The notes beneath the pieces were generated by a model, which was not told the origin of the DNA, made no database searches, and saw only the letters and a list, made by a program, of their open reading frames with translations. A stretch of 64,000 nt of DNA, from positions 10,292,001 through 10,356,000 of the forward strand of contig NW_027361921.1 of assembly GCF_039654945.1 (NCBI RefSeq). Reading direction: 5' to 3'. The position numbers were made by a program, and so were the translations under genes. The stretch comes from Dendrobates tinctorius (Eukaryota). Below are positions 10,915 to 24,027 of this stretch, one piece after another. Numbering within the stretch: the first letter of the stretch is position 1; the number at the start of each line of letters is the position of its first letter.

Positions 10915-12372
10915 CCCCTCTACTACACATCTTATTAAAGGATACATGAAAACTTATTAATTTGTGATCACTATTACCCAAGTGACCCCCAACCCTTACA
11001 TTTGATATGCGGTCTGGCCTGTTGGTTAATATTAGGTCTAGCAGTGCCCCTCCTCTTGTTGGGTCCTGAACCAGTTGTGAAAGGTAATTGTCTCTCATAG
11101 TTGTCAAAAACCTATTACCTTTGCTGGAACTGCAGCTTTCGGTTCCCCAATGTATTTCAGGGTAGTTGAAGTCCCCCATAATAATGACTTCTCCTTGAGT
11201 CGCTGCTTCATCTATTTGCTTTACGAGGATATTATCAGTTGCTTCCATAATTTTTGGAGACTTATAACAAACCCCTATCAGTAATTTATTATTGTTTTCC
11301 CTCTCCCCTTACCTCCACCCACAGGGACTCTACATTTTCATTATATTCACACATATTATCACGCAGGATGGGTTTTAAGGATGATTTTACATATAAACAC
11401 ACACACCCCCCTCACTAATTCATACAGTCATTTCTGAACAGACTATAACAATGTAAATTACCGCCCAGTCATGGCTCTCGTCCAGCCATATCTCAGATAT
11501 TCCCACCATGTCATAATTATGTGCCAACAAAATTAATTCTAATTCCTCCATTTTGTTGGCAAGGCTTCTGGTATTAGTTTACATGCACTTTATGTAACTC
11601 TCTGTACCTCTCTTCTTAAATTATTAACTGTTATAACCTCACACCCCATGCCACCCCCACCCCCAATTTCATTGTTTGTGCCCAGGTGCACGGTCTTCCC
11701 CTCCTATAAAATGAATACCCTCCCCCCAGTTCCTAGTTTAAACACTCCTCAACCTTCTAGCCATTTTCTCCCCCAGCACAGCTACACTTTCCCTATTGAG
11801 GTACAGCCCGTCCCTAGCGTAGAACCTGTAGCCAACTGAGAAGTCGGCCCAGTTTTCCAGGATCCCAAACCTCTCCTTCCTACACCAATTCTTGAGCCAC
11901 TTATTAACCTCCCTAATCTCCCATTGCCTCTCTGGCGTGGCACGTGGTACAGGAAGTATTTCCGAAAATACCACCTTGGAGGTCCTTGCTTTAAGCTTGC
12001 AGCCTAAGTCCCTGAAATGGACCTTCCACCTACCTCTAACTTTGTCATTTGTGCCAATGTGCACCATGACCACTGGGTCCTCACCAGCCCCTCCCAGTAA
12101 TCTGTCAACCCAATCAGCGATGTGTCGGACTCGAGTGCCAGGTAGGCAGCACACCGTTCGACGATCCCTGTCTTTGTGACAGATTGCCTTATCTGATCCC
12201 CTAATAATTGAGTCCCCCACTACCAGCACCTGTCTGGCCTGCCCTGCTCTCCTATTTCCCCCCTTACTGGAGCAGACACTCCTCCGGATTTCAGAGGACA
12301 TGCCTTTCTGCAGCAGTGCTACCCCTGCGCTGGCACTCCCCTCATCTGCCAACTTAGCAAACTTATTGTGGT
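10915..12372 (-). mobile_element. CR1 LINE, 5'-truncated: ORF1 SGNH/GDSL esterase domain and ORF2 endonuclease
   Basis: VLVVGDSIIR, CCLPG, HIGTND (ORF1 esterase); IIMGDFNYP, LDLILTN, LGNSDH (APE endonuclease). Confidence 0.9.
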
Positions 12373-13934
12373 AAATTAGCAGGTTTACATGGTACAGTTG
12401 CTCGGGTTTCCTTTTTCTGGGTTGGTACATGCTATAATTCACTTCCCCCACCTTCCCCCGTATCACATAAGGCCCTTGCCACTTGGCCAACACCCGATCC
12501 TCTTCTTTAAAGGTCCTGACCGTGGTCCTTTTATTATACGTGCGGCTCTGAGCGGCCTGGGCCTTGAACAGATGCTCCTTTACTATGGGCCGCATGGCCG
12601 CAATCCTATCCTGCATACTTGCCACATGCTCGATGACACTCTTAAGTGGAGTGGGCTCCTGTTCCCATGTCTCTTTGGCTACATCCAGCAGTCCCCTCGG
12701 TGCCTGCCAATCAGTAGCTCAAATGGGGAGAACCCCGTGGATGCCTGTGGTACCTCGTGGATGGCGAACATTAGATAGGGCAGTAACATGTCCCAATCCC
12801 TCCTCCCCTTGGCAACTACCTTCTTCAGCATGGCTTTGAGGGTCTTGTGAAACCTCTCTACCAACCCGTCGGTTTGTGGATGATACACTGACGTACCTAG
12901 CGGTTTAATGCGGAGCAGCTTACATAGCTCCTTGGTCACCTTAGACATAAAAGGAGTTCCTTGATCTGTAAGGATCTCCTTGGGTAGCTTAAGGTGACAA
13001 AACATGGCGAATAGTTCATGTGCTATTAGTTTAGCCGACGTGTGGCTGAGTGTTATCACCTCTGGGTACCGGGTGGCGTAGTCTACGACTACTATGTGTT
13101 GGTGACCCTGTGCAGATTTTACTATTGGTCCTACCAGATCCATCGCTATCCGCTCAAAAGGTACCTCTATAATGGGCAGAGGCACCAATGAACTCTGGTA
13201 GTTCATGGTGGGTGAGGTTAATTGGCACTCCGGACACATATCGCAGTACCTTTCAACCTCAGTGTAGACACCAGGCCAAAAATAATGCTGCAGTATGCGC
13301 TTTAGCGTCTTTTGGCCCCCAAATGCCCTCCCAGTGTGTGAGTGTGTGCCATGTCGAGCACTGCCCGCTGATAGGATTGGAGCACTACCAGTTGTTCTAC
13401 TACCTCATCCCTGATTTTATCAACCCTGTACAGTAACTCCTGGTTGATCGAAGTCCGAGGATACTCCGTCTTTGCACCCGGTCGTTGAGCCACCCCATTT
13501 ACCTCAATTACTCTATCCCAGGTACGGATCAGTGTGGGATCCTGGAGCTGGGCGGTCCCGAACTTACCAGGGTGCACCTCCAGCTCAGGGATTGGTGGGG
13601 TCTCTTCAACTTCTCCTGCCAGTACCACTAGGGGAAATCTATCGGGGTTACACTCTGTCACTAGGTTGGTGACCTCTGCCGCAGGTATCCCTGACTCGTG
13701 ATCTTCGGTTTCTGTGCCCAGAATACCAGTTACCCTGGGAGGGTTAACTCCACAGGGACCAGAACAGGGGTAAGCCTCTTCCCAGTACAGTCCCATGCGG
13801 AAGTCTTTACCACTCCCACCACATGTTTTATCTCTCCACACTGGGTGGAAAACAACCTTTGCGGTCGGGTACTCTCGGAGGCCCTCATGTATGCACACCA
13901 CCCCCACCTTCCGTCCATTAGAATTGTCCCCAGC

Positions 13935-16900
13935 GGGGGCGTGGCCTGCTTGCAGACCAGAGAGGCCACATAACTCACAGGCTCCTGCTTCTCCTGACTT
14001 AAACCGGCTAATAACAGCACTCTATATTGCCTCTCCTCCCTGTGCACAGTAACGGCTCCTGGAAGGTCCTGGGCACATGATGACCCGAGGGAGAGTGCAG
14101 AAACGCAGTTCCCCGCTGAAGCTCCCGGACTTCTTCCCCCGAGGACAGACTGCACATGCTGCAGGTAAAATGGCGGCGGCTTCCCCCTCAGCTTCCTCCT
14201 GCTCGTCGGGTGGCTCTGGGGGGAGGGGGGCATCTGAGACTCACAACAACCTGTCTCCTATTACTAAAGGAGACATGAGGGATTTTCTGGCCTCCATCCG
14301 TGCTCCCTAAAGGAGACATGCAGTCCATGCTGCAGGAGATTAGAGGGGAAGTCTCGTCCCTGGGGGAGAGAACTGCTCATGTTGAGAGCAAGATGGCTGA
14401 ATATGCCAATTCATGCAAACTGTACTCCAACCTTGCTCCCCAGAGATTTCCTGATTGACAGGATACATAGGCTCCCCAAACCCCGGCATGTGGACCCAGC
14501 CTTGCCCAGAGACACTTTGGCGCGCATCCACTTCTATACTACCAAAGACGCCTTCATGCAGAGGATGAGGAATCACCCTGAGCTCCCTGCTGAATACCAA
14601 GGCTTACAGGTGTTCCCAGACTTATCAGCGTCCATGCTGGCAAAGAGGCCAGAATACGCTCCTGTTTGTAAAGCACTACGTGATGTTTATATCCGATACA
14701 AATGGGGATTCAATCCTGTCAGGCTGATAATATCCTATGAAGGTCGTGGTGTGGTCTGCCAATCTCCCAAACAGGCTGAGAACATGCTAACCGATTGGAA
14801 GATTTCCTTTGCTCCCCGCCAGAACCCGATGGGAAAGAAAATTGTTCAGGACTGTATTGAAACTTGAAGAGGAGGATGATATGCTGTCCGGATGCAGGGT
14901 GCTATGGATTTTGTAACCTATTTCCCTTTTTCCACCTTTTTCTATTTGCTTCAGCACCCCGTCCAAGATAACTCTCGGTTATTTTCCATCTTTTTGGGAG
15001 TGAGCCTTGGAACTGCCCCGAGCTGGCATTTACCTGCGGTCTAGGACTGACCACTCAGGCGTTTCACTGCCTGACTAGCCTGGCCTTTGGCCTAGTGGCT
15101 GCATGTTTAGAATTTTTGTCAGTGTTCTCTGTGTATTGTTTCCCTTGTCTCCTGTTTTTTAGGTACACCTTCGATATGGGTATTTTTAAAGTGGTTACTG
15201 TGGTTCTCTATGTTGCCAACACACGAGCCCTAATGCAGGTGATCTGGGTTCATGAAGATGTTTGTGTGATAGCAAGTTTTATAATGTTTAATTATGAGTG
15301 TTACCAGTATGTCTCTAAATGTTAAGGGGTTGAACTCCCCCTGTAAGAGGTCCATCCTATGGAAGGAGGTGAAAAAATCAGTTGCGGAGATTATCTGCCT
15401 GCAGGAGACACATCTGATAGAAGCTGATAATTTTAGGCTGCGTCACCCACAATTCTCTAATATTTACTTTGCTAATAATAACACTAAAAAAGCTGGGGTG
15501 TGCATCATCTTTAAAAATACATTAGCCTTCAAATGTATCCAGAGGGTAGCGGATCCTGCGGGCAGATTTCTGATCCTCATATGCACATTGAATGGCGAGT
15601 TGCACACTATCACAGGCCTTTACGCCCCCAATCATTCGCAACAGACATTTATCCGCAAAGTACTACATAAAGTGGATGGTCTGGCGCAGGGTGAAAAGAT
15701 ATACTGTGGAGACTTTAATCTCCCCATGGACAAAGATCTAGATTGCTCACGAGGTGGCATTCGGCCTAGGGGGAGTTGAAAGGCATAGCCAAAGAATATC
15801 ATCTACACGATTTCTGGAGGTACTCCCACGCGAGTGAAAAAGATTATACCTTCTATTCCTTCCGACACAGTACATATACTCGGATAGACCATATTCTGGT
15901 GGATACTACGGTTCTTCCTAGATGCGTCTCCTCCAGCATAGGACTAATTACCTGGTCTAACCATGCACCCATTGTTGTCATGGTCACGTGTGACTGAACA
16001 CATCACCTCCAGCAGGGTGAATTTATATGACATGTGTGACCCTGGATACACCGCCTCCAGCAGGGAGTTAGTTAGCGTTAAAACATCATGCGAACCCTGC
16101 CTTTCGGTGGCGTCTGAACCCTTCTCTTTTACTAAATGAGAATGTGACGTGTGGTATCTCTACTGAGTTGACTCACTACTTCCATGTTAACGATAATGGG
16201 GAAGTTTCAGATGAAACGCTATGGGCTGCGCATAAAGTGGTTATACGGGGATATCTCATACAACAAGCCTCCATACTGAAGCGCAGTGGAGGGATACGGG
16301 ATGACCTCTTAGCTAGACTTGACCAGTTGGAATCACTGAATAAAACCTCACCCTCTCAGGTGGTGTCGGATGAGATATACGGGGTTCGCTTTCAGTTGCG
16401 GGAGATTTTGCTTTCTGCTTATGCCCGTAATTTACGTAAGCTTAAAACTCACTTTTACGCCACTGGAGATAGGGCGGGAGCAATACTGGCCCGTAGGGTA
16501 CGTAAACGAGAGGCTAAATCCAGAATAGATGGTTTACAGGATCGGAATGGGTGTCTGGTTAGGAATCCGGTTGACATCGAGGAGACATTTGCAAAGTACT
16601 ACTCCCATTTATATAACTTACATTCTGACCCTCAGACCCATCAACCCACTCAGATAGCAATCGATTCATATCTGCAATCAGTTAATTTACTGTGTGTATC
16701 CCAAGAGCAATTATTGTTAAATGCCCCATTTACAGAGGAGGAGATCAAAGAACTATTAAAAGCAGTAGGCTACACACCGCGCCTGGTCCGGATGGACTAT
16801 CAAATGAATATTATCGCACTTTTCAGGAACTTCTGTCCCCATATTTATTGAGGTTGTTTTCAAGTTGGCGGGATTCAGGCAAAGTTGCTGCCCCTAATTT

Positions 16901-19494
16901 GGAAGCTACTATTACCACTCTCCCTAAGCCAGGTAAGACCCCTGGTAGTCCTGGGAATTTTAGATCCATTGCTTTATTGAATTGTGATTTAAAGATATAT
17001 ACCAAATTACTAGCCTCCCGCCTTCATTTGATAATCCCCTCTCTTGTCTCTCCTGACCAGGTCGGTTTTGTGGCTGGCCGGGAAACCAAGGATGGTACCC
17101 GCCGAATGTTGAATCTTATTAGGGTGGCGGAGCTGTCGGGCCTCCCCAGTGCATTCCTGTCCTTGGACGCTGAGAAGGCCTTTGACATGGTGCACTGGGG
17201 ATATTTGGGAAGTGTTCTTTGGAAGTTTGGTTTGGAGGGCCCCATCCTTTCGGCGATTTTAGCAATATATTCCACCCCATCTGCCAGAGTCCTAGCCTCT
17301 GGGTTTGTATCTTCCCCCTTTTTGATCGCCAATGGGATGTGGCAGGGATGCCCACTATCCCCTATTATATTTGCATTATGCATGGAGCCCCTGGCGGAGA
17401 AAATCCGTCTTAACTCTGATATCTCAGGTCTGATGGTGGGTCCGGCTGCTCACAAGATCGACCTTTACGCGGATGGCGTTATCATAGCTTGTGTGGACCT
17501 GGAGCGGTCGTTCGCGGCTGTCATGGCTGAACTAGAGGAGTTTGCGTCAGTATCCTATTACAAACTGAATGCATCCAAATCATTGGTATTCCCTGTCGCG
17601 GTCCCTTTGGTCACCAAAGCTGAATTGGAGAATAAGTTTCCCTTTCGTTGGACTGATCAAGATATCCCTTACCTTGGTATAAAGCTCACGCACTCTCACC
17701 ATATTATAGAGGCAAACTATACTGCTGTATTCAGACAAAGACTGAGCTGGACACCTTACATCAGTTTGACCTCCTGGGTGGCTAGAATTAATATTTTCAA
17801 GATGAAAATTCTCCCCAAGATATTATATTATTTTAGATGTCTCCCTTTGAGGGTCCCAAGCAAAATCATAACAGACCTTCAGCGCTTAACAAACAAATAC
17901 ATATGGGCCCACTAAACTCCTCGAGTGGCCAAGTCGCTTTTGTATTACCCTTATGATCTGGGGGGAATGGGATTGCCAAATTTGATGGCGTACTATAAGG
18001 CCTCAGTGGTAGCAGGGCTGCGGGATTGGTGGCAGCTGGACAAGGATCATAGATGGTTGCAAATCGAAAATTTCTATGCGACTAGAGGCTCCACCCGATT
18101 CATGCTAGAGGTTGAAGCCTTTGGGCCGTGACCTTGTAACCTCCCTCTACCGACCATGTCTACTTCACTGCATTTTTGGAGACAGACGGTCCCGACCCTT
18201 ATTATAATCCCGTTAACTGAAGTGTCACTGAAGGCGCTAGAATTACATATCCCGTATATAGATTTACAGCCATGGGTACTGGCTGGTGTAAAATCACTTC
18301 ATCAGCTGTTTGACGGCACAGCGATTAAGCCGTTTGACCGCCTAGTTGCAGATCACCCAGATATTCGACATAGATTTTAACAGTTTTTACAACTAAGACA
18401 TCTTATACATACTACACAACCGTCGTACTTCTTTAATACCTACCTAGACTGTACAGTAAATGGCCTCTTCCTGGTGCCCGGATCTAGTACTCGCAATGTA
18501 TCTATTTTGTATAGAGCCTTGAATGATCCTGACCCAGAGGTTAAACTGCAATTCATGAGACAATGGTAGGATGACCTGCAGGTCACCCTAGTGCCTGATG
18601 GGTGGCGGGAGGTGGTGTTAGAGGTTCGGAGAGTTTCCTCATGTTTAAACCATCTGGAACAATTGAAAAAAGTCCACTTGTGCTGGTATTATTACCCAGT
18701 TAAAGTTGCTCACTTTGGCCCTCAGTGCTCTCCGTTGTGCTTGGAGAGGCTGCGGTATGTTGGGGACACTTAGCCACATATGGTGGTTGTGCCCGATATT
18801 ACTAAATTTTTGGGCTAGCCTAGAGGACGTGATAGCTGAGGTAACTGGGATTCGGATGGCCCTACAACCCAGTATGGTTCTATTGCATATCGGTTTAGAT
18901 GTGAGCCCGCATGTGTTGAGAGGAGTGTTCTCACATTTGTTTATAGCCGCTAGACTGGCAGTGGCATCCAAATGGAGAGTGACCAGCGCACCGACCATAC
19001 AATTTGTGATTGACAGGATGAACCTTCATTGCCAATACGAAAGGGCTCTGGTATTATCTGCGTCATCTAAAAAGAAAAAGTCCCAGATTTGGGAACCGTG
19101 GCTTGGTAGCCGACTCTCCTTCAACCCACCGTGAGGATGCTTGCGCTACTTCGACTCAGGGCCTGATATTCCCTGCCCGCGATGAACCCTGCTATGTGGC
19201 TAGCTTATTTGACACTTTGATATTCAGGAATCTGCACTATAGCAGGTCATTTTCTGTTAAGACCTTTGATCTAAGTAATTTACAGTTGTATACCTAGGTG
19301 TACCTATTCCCCCCCCCCCCTCATTATTTTTTCCGGTTGATAGCTACTGCGCTTGTTGATGTAGGAGCATGGTAGCCCTTCCCTTTCCTCCCCCCTCCCC
19401 TATTAATCTACTCTGCACTGTTTGCGGAATTGATTTGTTTACCTGTTTAACTATGTAAAATTTTAATAAATATGATTTTTGGGAAAAAAAAAAA
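13935..19494 (+). mobile_element. Full-length L1 LINE (L1-b) in the Gypsy #1 protease; ORF1 about 14077-14867 (internally deleted), ORF2 15294-19134 (frameshifted)
   Basis: TSD GAATTGT(C/T)CCCAGC (13921-13934 and 19495-19508). 5' GGGGGCGTGGC. SLNVKGLN, LQETH, GDFN, DAEKAFD, QGCPLSP, CWR-like C-terminus. AATAAA plus A-tail. Confidence 0.94.
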
Positions 19495-20471
19495 GAATTG
19501 TTCCCAGCAACCAGGGACCCATGCACCAGGGTCACCAAGCTCCCCGAGTCCGAGAGTGTCCGTCTGGTACCCATTAAGGAGTACCTGGCACAGCTCGGTA
19601 CCGGCAGGGCCTGTAGTGGCAGTGCAGACTGGCTGGGCATACATAGACACATGGCACATATACCCACAGTCAATGGGTTCTGCTGCTAGGGGGCAGTTGG
19701 CAGCCACATGTCCCGGCCCTTGGCATTGCCAACACTTAACTGCGACACAAGGGAACCGTGGGGCTGATTTAGGGGATACGGGTCGTGGTCAGTCCTATCA
19801 GTCCTACCACCTGGTCCAGAGTGCCCAGGTGCCCTTGCCCCACCCAACACTGTATGGCTCCTGGCAGAGCCCTCATCAGCCGATCGACCAACACCCTCTC
19901 CACTATCTGAAGTGCGGTTAATGTCTCAGGTTGAGCCATCTTTTCACAAGCTGCAGCAAGTCATAAACCTGAGACTGGTCAGCCTGGGCTTCCACAAAAG
20001 TCCATGAAAACACCCATTGGGCTCTCACGTAGTTATTAACCCACAGTTGGTCAAGGTTCGGAATTCGTGGTCCTGGGCGTCCTTCTGACTGAGGTCAAAG
20101 TAGGCCTTTAGTGCTTCACCCCTCAGGAACGGAGCCATCACTTCGGCCTACTGTGACATAGGCAGGTTCTCCTGCTCTGATGTGCGCTTATAGATGTAGA
20201 GAAAAGCTTCCATATCATCTTCCGGACTCAGTTTCCTCAAAGTGGAAAGGACCTTGTATCAGGCATTGCGACGTTCTGGGGTCGGTGCTGGACGCGCCTC
20301 ACGCAGTGCTGCAATTTGCTGCAACATCAGATAATTGGTTTGTTGCTGTTGTTGCTGTGTGAGGACCAGCTGCCTTAGAATCTCCTCCGTTTTGTCCACA
20401 GGCCTGGGTTGCAATATGGCAGGCCTAATGACAGACATGCAGCTGGCGTTGAGGTATGCCTTAATTCACAC

Positions 20472-20489
20472 TGCCCGCATTCTCCACCA
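20472..20489 (-). promoter_or_regulatory. Primer-binding site (tRNA-Ala) of Gypsy #1
   Basis: Plus-strand TGCCCGCATTCTCCACCA matches the 3' 18 nt of vertebrate tRNA-Ala(AGC) including CCA (from recall). It lies 2 nt from the LTR edge. Confidence 0.85.
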
Positions 20490-20553
20490 TATGTAGTGCA
20501 GCAGTGTCCTTGCTGTGCAGTGAGTAGGCAGTGACTCAGGAAGTTTCAAAATA

Positions 20554-21309
20554 CCGTATATACTCGAGTATAAGTCGAGTTTTTCAGCCCCCTTTTGGGG
20601 CTGAAAAAGACTCCCCTCGACTTATATTCGGGTCACGGTGCCAACTTACCTGGTCCCCGTCATCTCCGCGGTCCCAGTCGTCTCCGCGGTCCCCGGTGTT
20701 CGTCTGCGGTCCCCTGCAGCGTCCTGGCGGTGGGTGATGATAGGGCCGCGGCGACGTTCAAAATCTCTGCGAGCCGCTCTCTCCCGTCCTCCGGCAGTGA
20801 TGTGCAGGGGGCGCGATGACGTGGAAAGCACGCGCCCTCTGCCTGAGTCACTGAAGAGCCGGCGATGCTCAGGAGCAGCTGTCATCAACGTAGGTGAGAG
20901 TATATAGTGTTTTTTTTTTTTTTTTAATTCCAGCAGGTTCTGCGGCAGCGGCAGCAACATGATAGGATTACCAGTAATCCTATCACTTTGGGGGCAGCAT
21001 TATGGTATTTGGGCCACCATTCACTGTGAAACATTTATGGGGGCATATGTTGTGCAGCGTTATTTGGGCCACCATTCACTGTGCAGCATTTTGGGGGCAT
21101 ACTGTATGTTGTGCAGCATTATTTGGGCCAGCATTCACTGTGCAGCATTTTGGGGGCATACTGTATGTTGTGCAGCATTAAATTTACCAGTATCTTCGGC
21201 AATTCTCACCCTAGACTTATACTTGAGTCAATAAGTTTTCCCAGGTTTGTGAGGCAAATTTAGGGGGGTCGACTTATACTCGGATCGACTTATATTCGAG
21301 TATATACGG
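20554..21309. mobile_element. Tc1/mariner-superfamily (pogo/Tigger-like) MITE
   Basis: TIR CCGTATATACTCGAGTATAAGTCGA / TCGACTTATATTCGAGTATATACGG; TA TSD; internal about 56-bp tandem units at about 21000-21180. Confidence 0.85.
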
Positions 21310-21776
21310 TAAGTTCTTCTTTAATGTAGTGTACTCACAAACACAAAGTAAAACGGATCCTCTGGTACACAGCCAGGAAAAAAAGGACAGTCTGTGACTG
21401 GTTGCCGTAGACGACCATCGTGTACACTGGGGTGCCCCGTTTGGCCCTGTGTTGCCTCACACAGAAAGAGCCCTGTTAAAGCTTTCTGCTCAGTCTGTTT
21501 CCAAGACCAACACTGACACACCCAAACCCTCTTGCAGGGTATTTTTTCTACTCCACTAGACTCTGTGGCCATGGGCCACTTGTAAGATCCAGGCTGTAGG
21601 AAACGGAGCGGCCCCACTCCCTTCCTGCAGTGCATTTTGAAAATAAAAGCCCATACTGGGTTTTCCTGAACAACTCCTTGGTCAAAAATAGCTTGACCAG
21701 GTTCAAGCTTACTTTTATTCTGCTTTGTGACTCACAGGCATCCTGCTGTGAGCAAAAGGCACTCCAGCGGACCTAA

Positions 21777-22254
21777 GGGCCCCATTACATGCTTCAATGT
21801 CCCAGCGATCCCACCAACGATCCGACGTGGATGGGATCGTTGGAACAAAGTTAGGTTATCGCTGGTGAGCTGTCACATAGGTAGACTCACCAGCGGTCAG
21901 GACCAGTGAGCACGCTGGTATCCAGGGAAAACAGCGGGTAACTATGAGCCGCGCGGCTCTTAGTTACCCGCTGTTTGCCATGGATACCAGCTCCCAGCGT
22001 CTGCTGTATGGCGCTGGGAGCTCCCTGATCGTTGGTCTCTCGCTGTCACACGCAGCGATGTGTGATGCCAAGCGTGAGACCAACGATAGATTTATGGCCC
22101 AGACCATTAGGCAACGATTAACGATCAGCCAACTGATCGTTGATCGTTGCTACGTGTCACACGCAACAATTTCGTTTCGACATCGCTGCAACATCACCAA
22201 ACTGGTGACGTTGCAACAATATCGTTCACAATATCGTTGCGTGTAATGGGGCCT
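21777..22254. mobile_element. Harbinger-type MITE
   Basis: GGGCCCCATTACA ... TGTAATGGGGCCT termini; TAA TSD (21774-21776 and 22255-22257); palindrome-rich interior. Confidence 0.85.
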
Positions 22255-22325
22255 TAATACAGTTCTGAGCGCATCCTGGGGGACACATAGCGACCCTCGC
22301 GTATGACATCAGTTGCTGCCTCACA

Positions 22326-22520
22326 ATTACTAAATCCATAAAAAGTATACACAGCCCAATGTTCATTTTTTTATTTTCTGTAAAGTAGTTAAAATTTTAT
22401 ACATTTCTTTTCATGTCTTGAATTAGAAAACCGTGTACAATGTTCCCAATGCATGGAAATAACAATTGGTATAAAGATATTGTGATTAACTCATGTTTTT
22501 GAACACACTGCTAATATTTT
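22326..22520. mobile_element. Tc1-like terminal remnant, completed at 36112-36141 beyond the two L1s
   Basis: Reconstructed end, read on the minus strand, is TATAGTAGTGATCAAAATCATAGCAGTGTG. It resembles the vertebrate Tc1 TIR type TA-CAGT(T/A)GTGTTCAAAATAATAGCAGTG (from recall). Confidence 0.6.
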
Positions 22521-23454
22521 TTTTTAAATTCGTTTATTAAACCACAAACAGAATATACTGCATACATACTTGCATATGGTGATAAGCACTGTATAGAATA
22601 TATATATTTCTACTAGTATTAGATGCAAAGCAAAATGTGCATTCCGGTTTACATATGGGATAAAATGTAATGTCAGTTAAATTGTACAAGCCTTTATATT
22701 ATTGCACAAGTAATAACACATATTTAACTTCCTAAAATACAACTATAACTACAAAAACTACTATTTTGCAGCCTGATTTCATACAATCAACTATTTATTA
22801 TGCGATACCTCCACTCTACAGAGTAAGATAAGAGGAATTCCATCTCTCCTAGATCTTTCCAAATTCGATACAGTGTACGTTCATATGGGATAATCGAATT
22901 AATCAAATCAATCCAGATTCTAAGGGAGGGACATGAGTCCCCCATCCACCGCAGTGCCAGTACCTTTCGTGCCATAAATAGCGTCTCCCGCAAAAAGATC
23001 CCAGTATAGTGACCCCATGTCTCCTCATCCCATACCCCAAACAAACAAACCTGTGGCTCAAGGGGAACAGGAGCTTGTATCAGGGAAGTTAATAATGACG
23101 TCACCTCCGTCCAATATTGTGTGATAATAGGACACTGCCAGATCATGTGAATAAAGTGCATCTAATGTATGACATCTCAACCATTCCGATGATTGGAATC
23201 GGCTCGTCTTAGAGTCGTGTCGGAGTCAGATATGATTGGTTTATGATATATAACTGTATCATTCTGTTATTAATAGACGGAGAAACCCCGATCGGAAACT
23301 CCAGAATTTCTTTCCACTCCTCTCACTTTATATCGGGGATGAGCCTTTCCCATTTCCCTTTAACCGGGTTTATGGAGAATTCCGCCCCTACTGACAGCAT
23401 GTATGTATACAAAGAGGAGATGAGACCCTGTGGACCCTGTGAGTTAAGTATTCC

Positions 23455-24027
23455 TGTTGTGAATTCTCTTCTGAGCCGGGGCTCCCTCTGGTGGTTACTG
23501 TGGGTAGTGGAGCTGGCCGGATTGACAGAGGTCTGCCACCTGATGATGATGATTGGAGATCTGAGGTTACTGATTGAAGTATTTAAGTCAGCAGGCTTCC
23601 TTCAATCCCTGCTGGTGAATAGTTCTTCCTTTGCATTCTGAGGTCTGATGTCTCCTGCCTGATCCTGCATTTTTCAGTTAAGTTGTTCATTTGCTTTTCA
23701 TCTGATCTGGTTTTGCCTCTTTCTGCTTGTTGTGAGGGTTCAGCGTGCTCCCTGCTGGGGGCAGTGCTGGACCTCGCTCTATATGTTACAGCTTGTGTCA
23801 GTTTGTTCAGTCTCCTGTTATATTAGTCTCTTTTGCTTTGCTGCCAGTTCATAACAGAATGATGATATAGTGGGGGCGAGGTCGTGAGACCGCAGTGTTT
23901 TTTTGTACATCAGACGTGTTGGATTTTTTTTAGGGTTTTTGCGTGATTGCAGACAGTGTGTTTCCTTTCTGGTTTCCTGGTGGCCTAGCCTATTCCTGCC
24001 ATCCTCCTCGGTGACCTGTTCATAACA
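23455..24027. mobile_element. Solo LTR (573 bp) in L1-c ORF2
   Basis: TGTTGTGAA ... TTCATAACA inverted termini; flanks (T/G)ATTCC duplicated; absent from the homologous position of L1-d (about 31455). Confidence 0.8.

Larger units (their letters stand above)
12373..22325 (-). mobile_element. Gmr1-like Ty3/Gypsy LTR retrotransposon #1, 5' half (LTR, PBS, gag, PR, IN); RT/RH and 3' LTR absent
   Basis: IN: HTHTLGGH, CPEC, MDLVGP, ILTDQG, VERF, WQGPY (12373-13400). Protease DSGSLVTLV continues across L1-b. Gag remnants at about 19600-20400. IN follows PR directly. Confidence 0.88.
20492..22325 (-). repeat. 5' LTR of Gypsy #1 (about 600 bp after removing two MITEs)
   Basis: TGTAGTGCAGCA ... TGCTGCCTCACA imperfect inverted termini (TG..CA), adjacent to the PBS. 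Confidence 0.72.

Noticed and set aside
20472-20489. tRNA-Ala gene
   Set aside because: Only the 3' 18 nt including CCA are present, next to an LTR; it is a primer-binding site.
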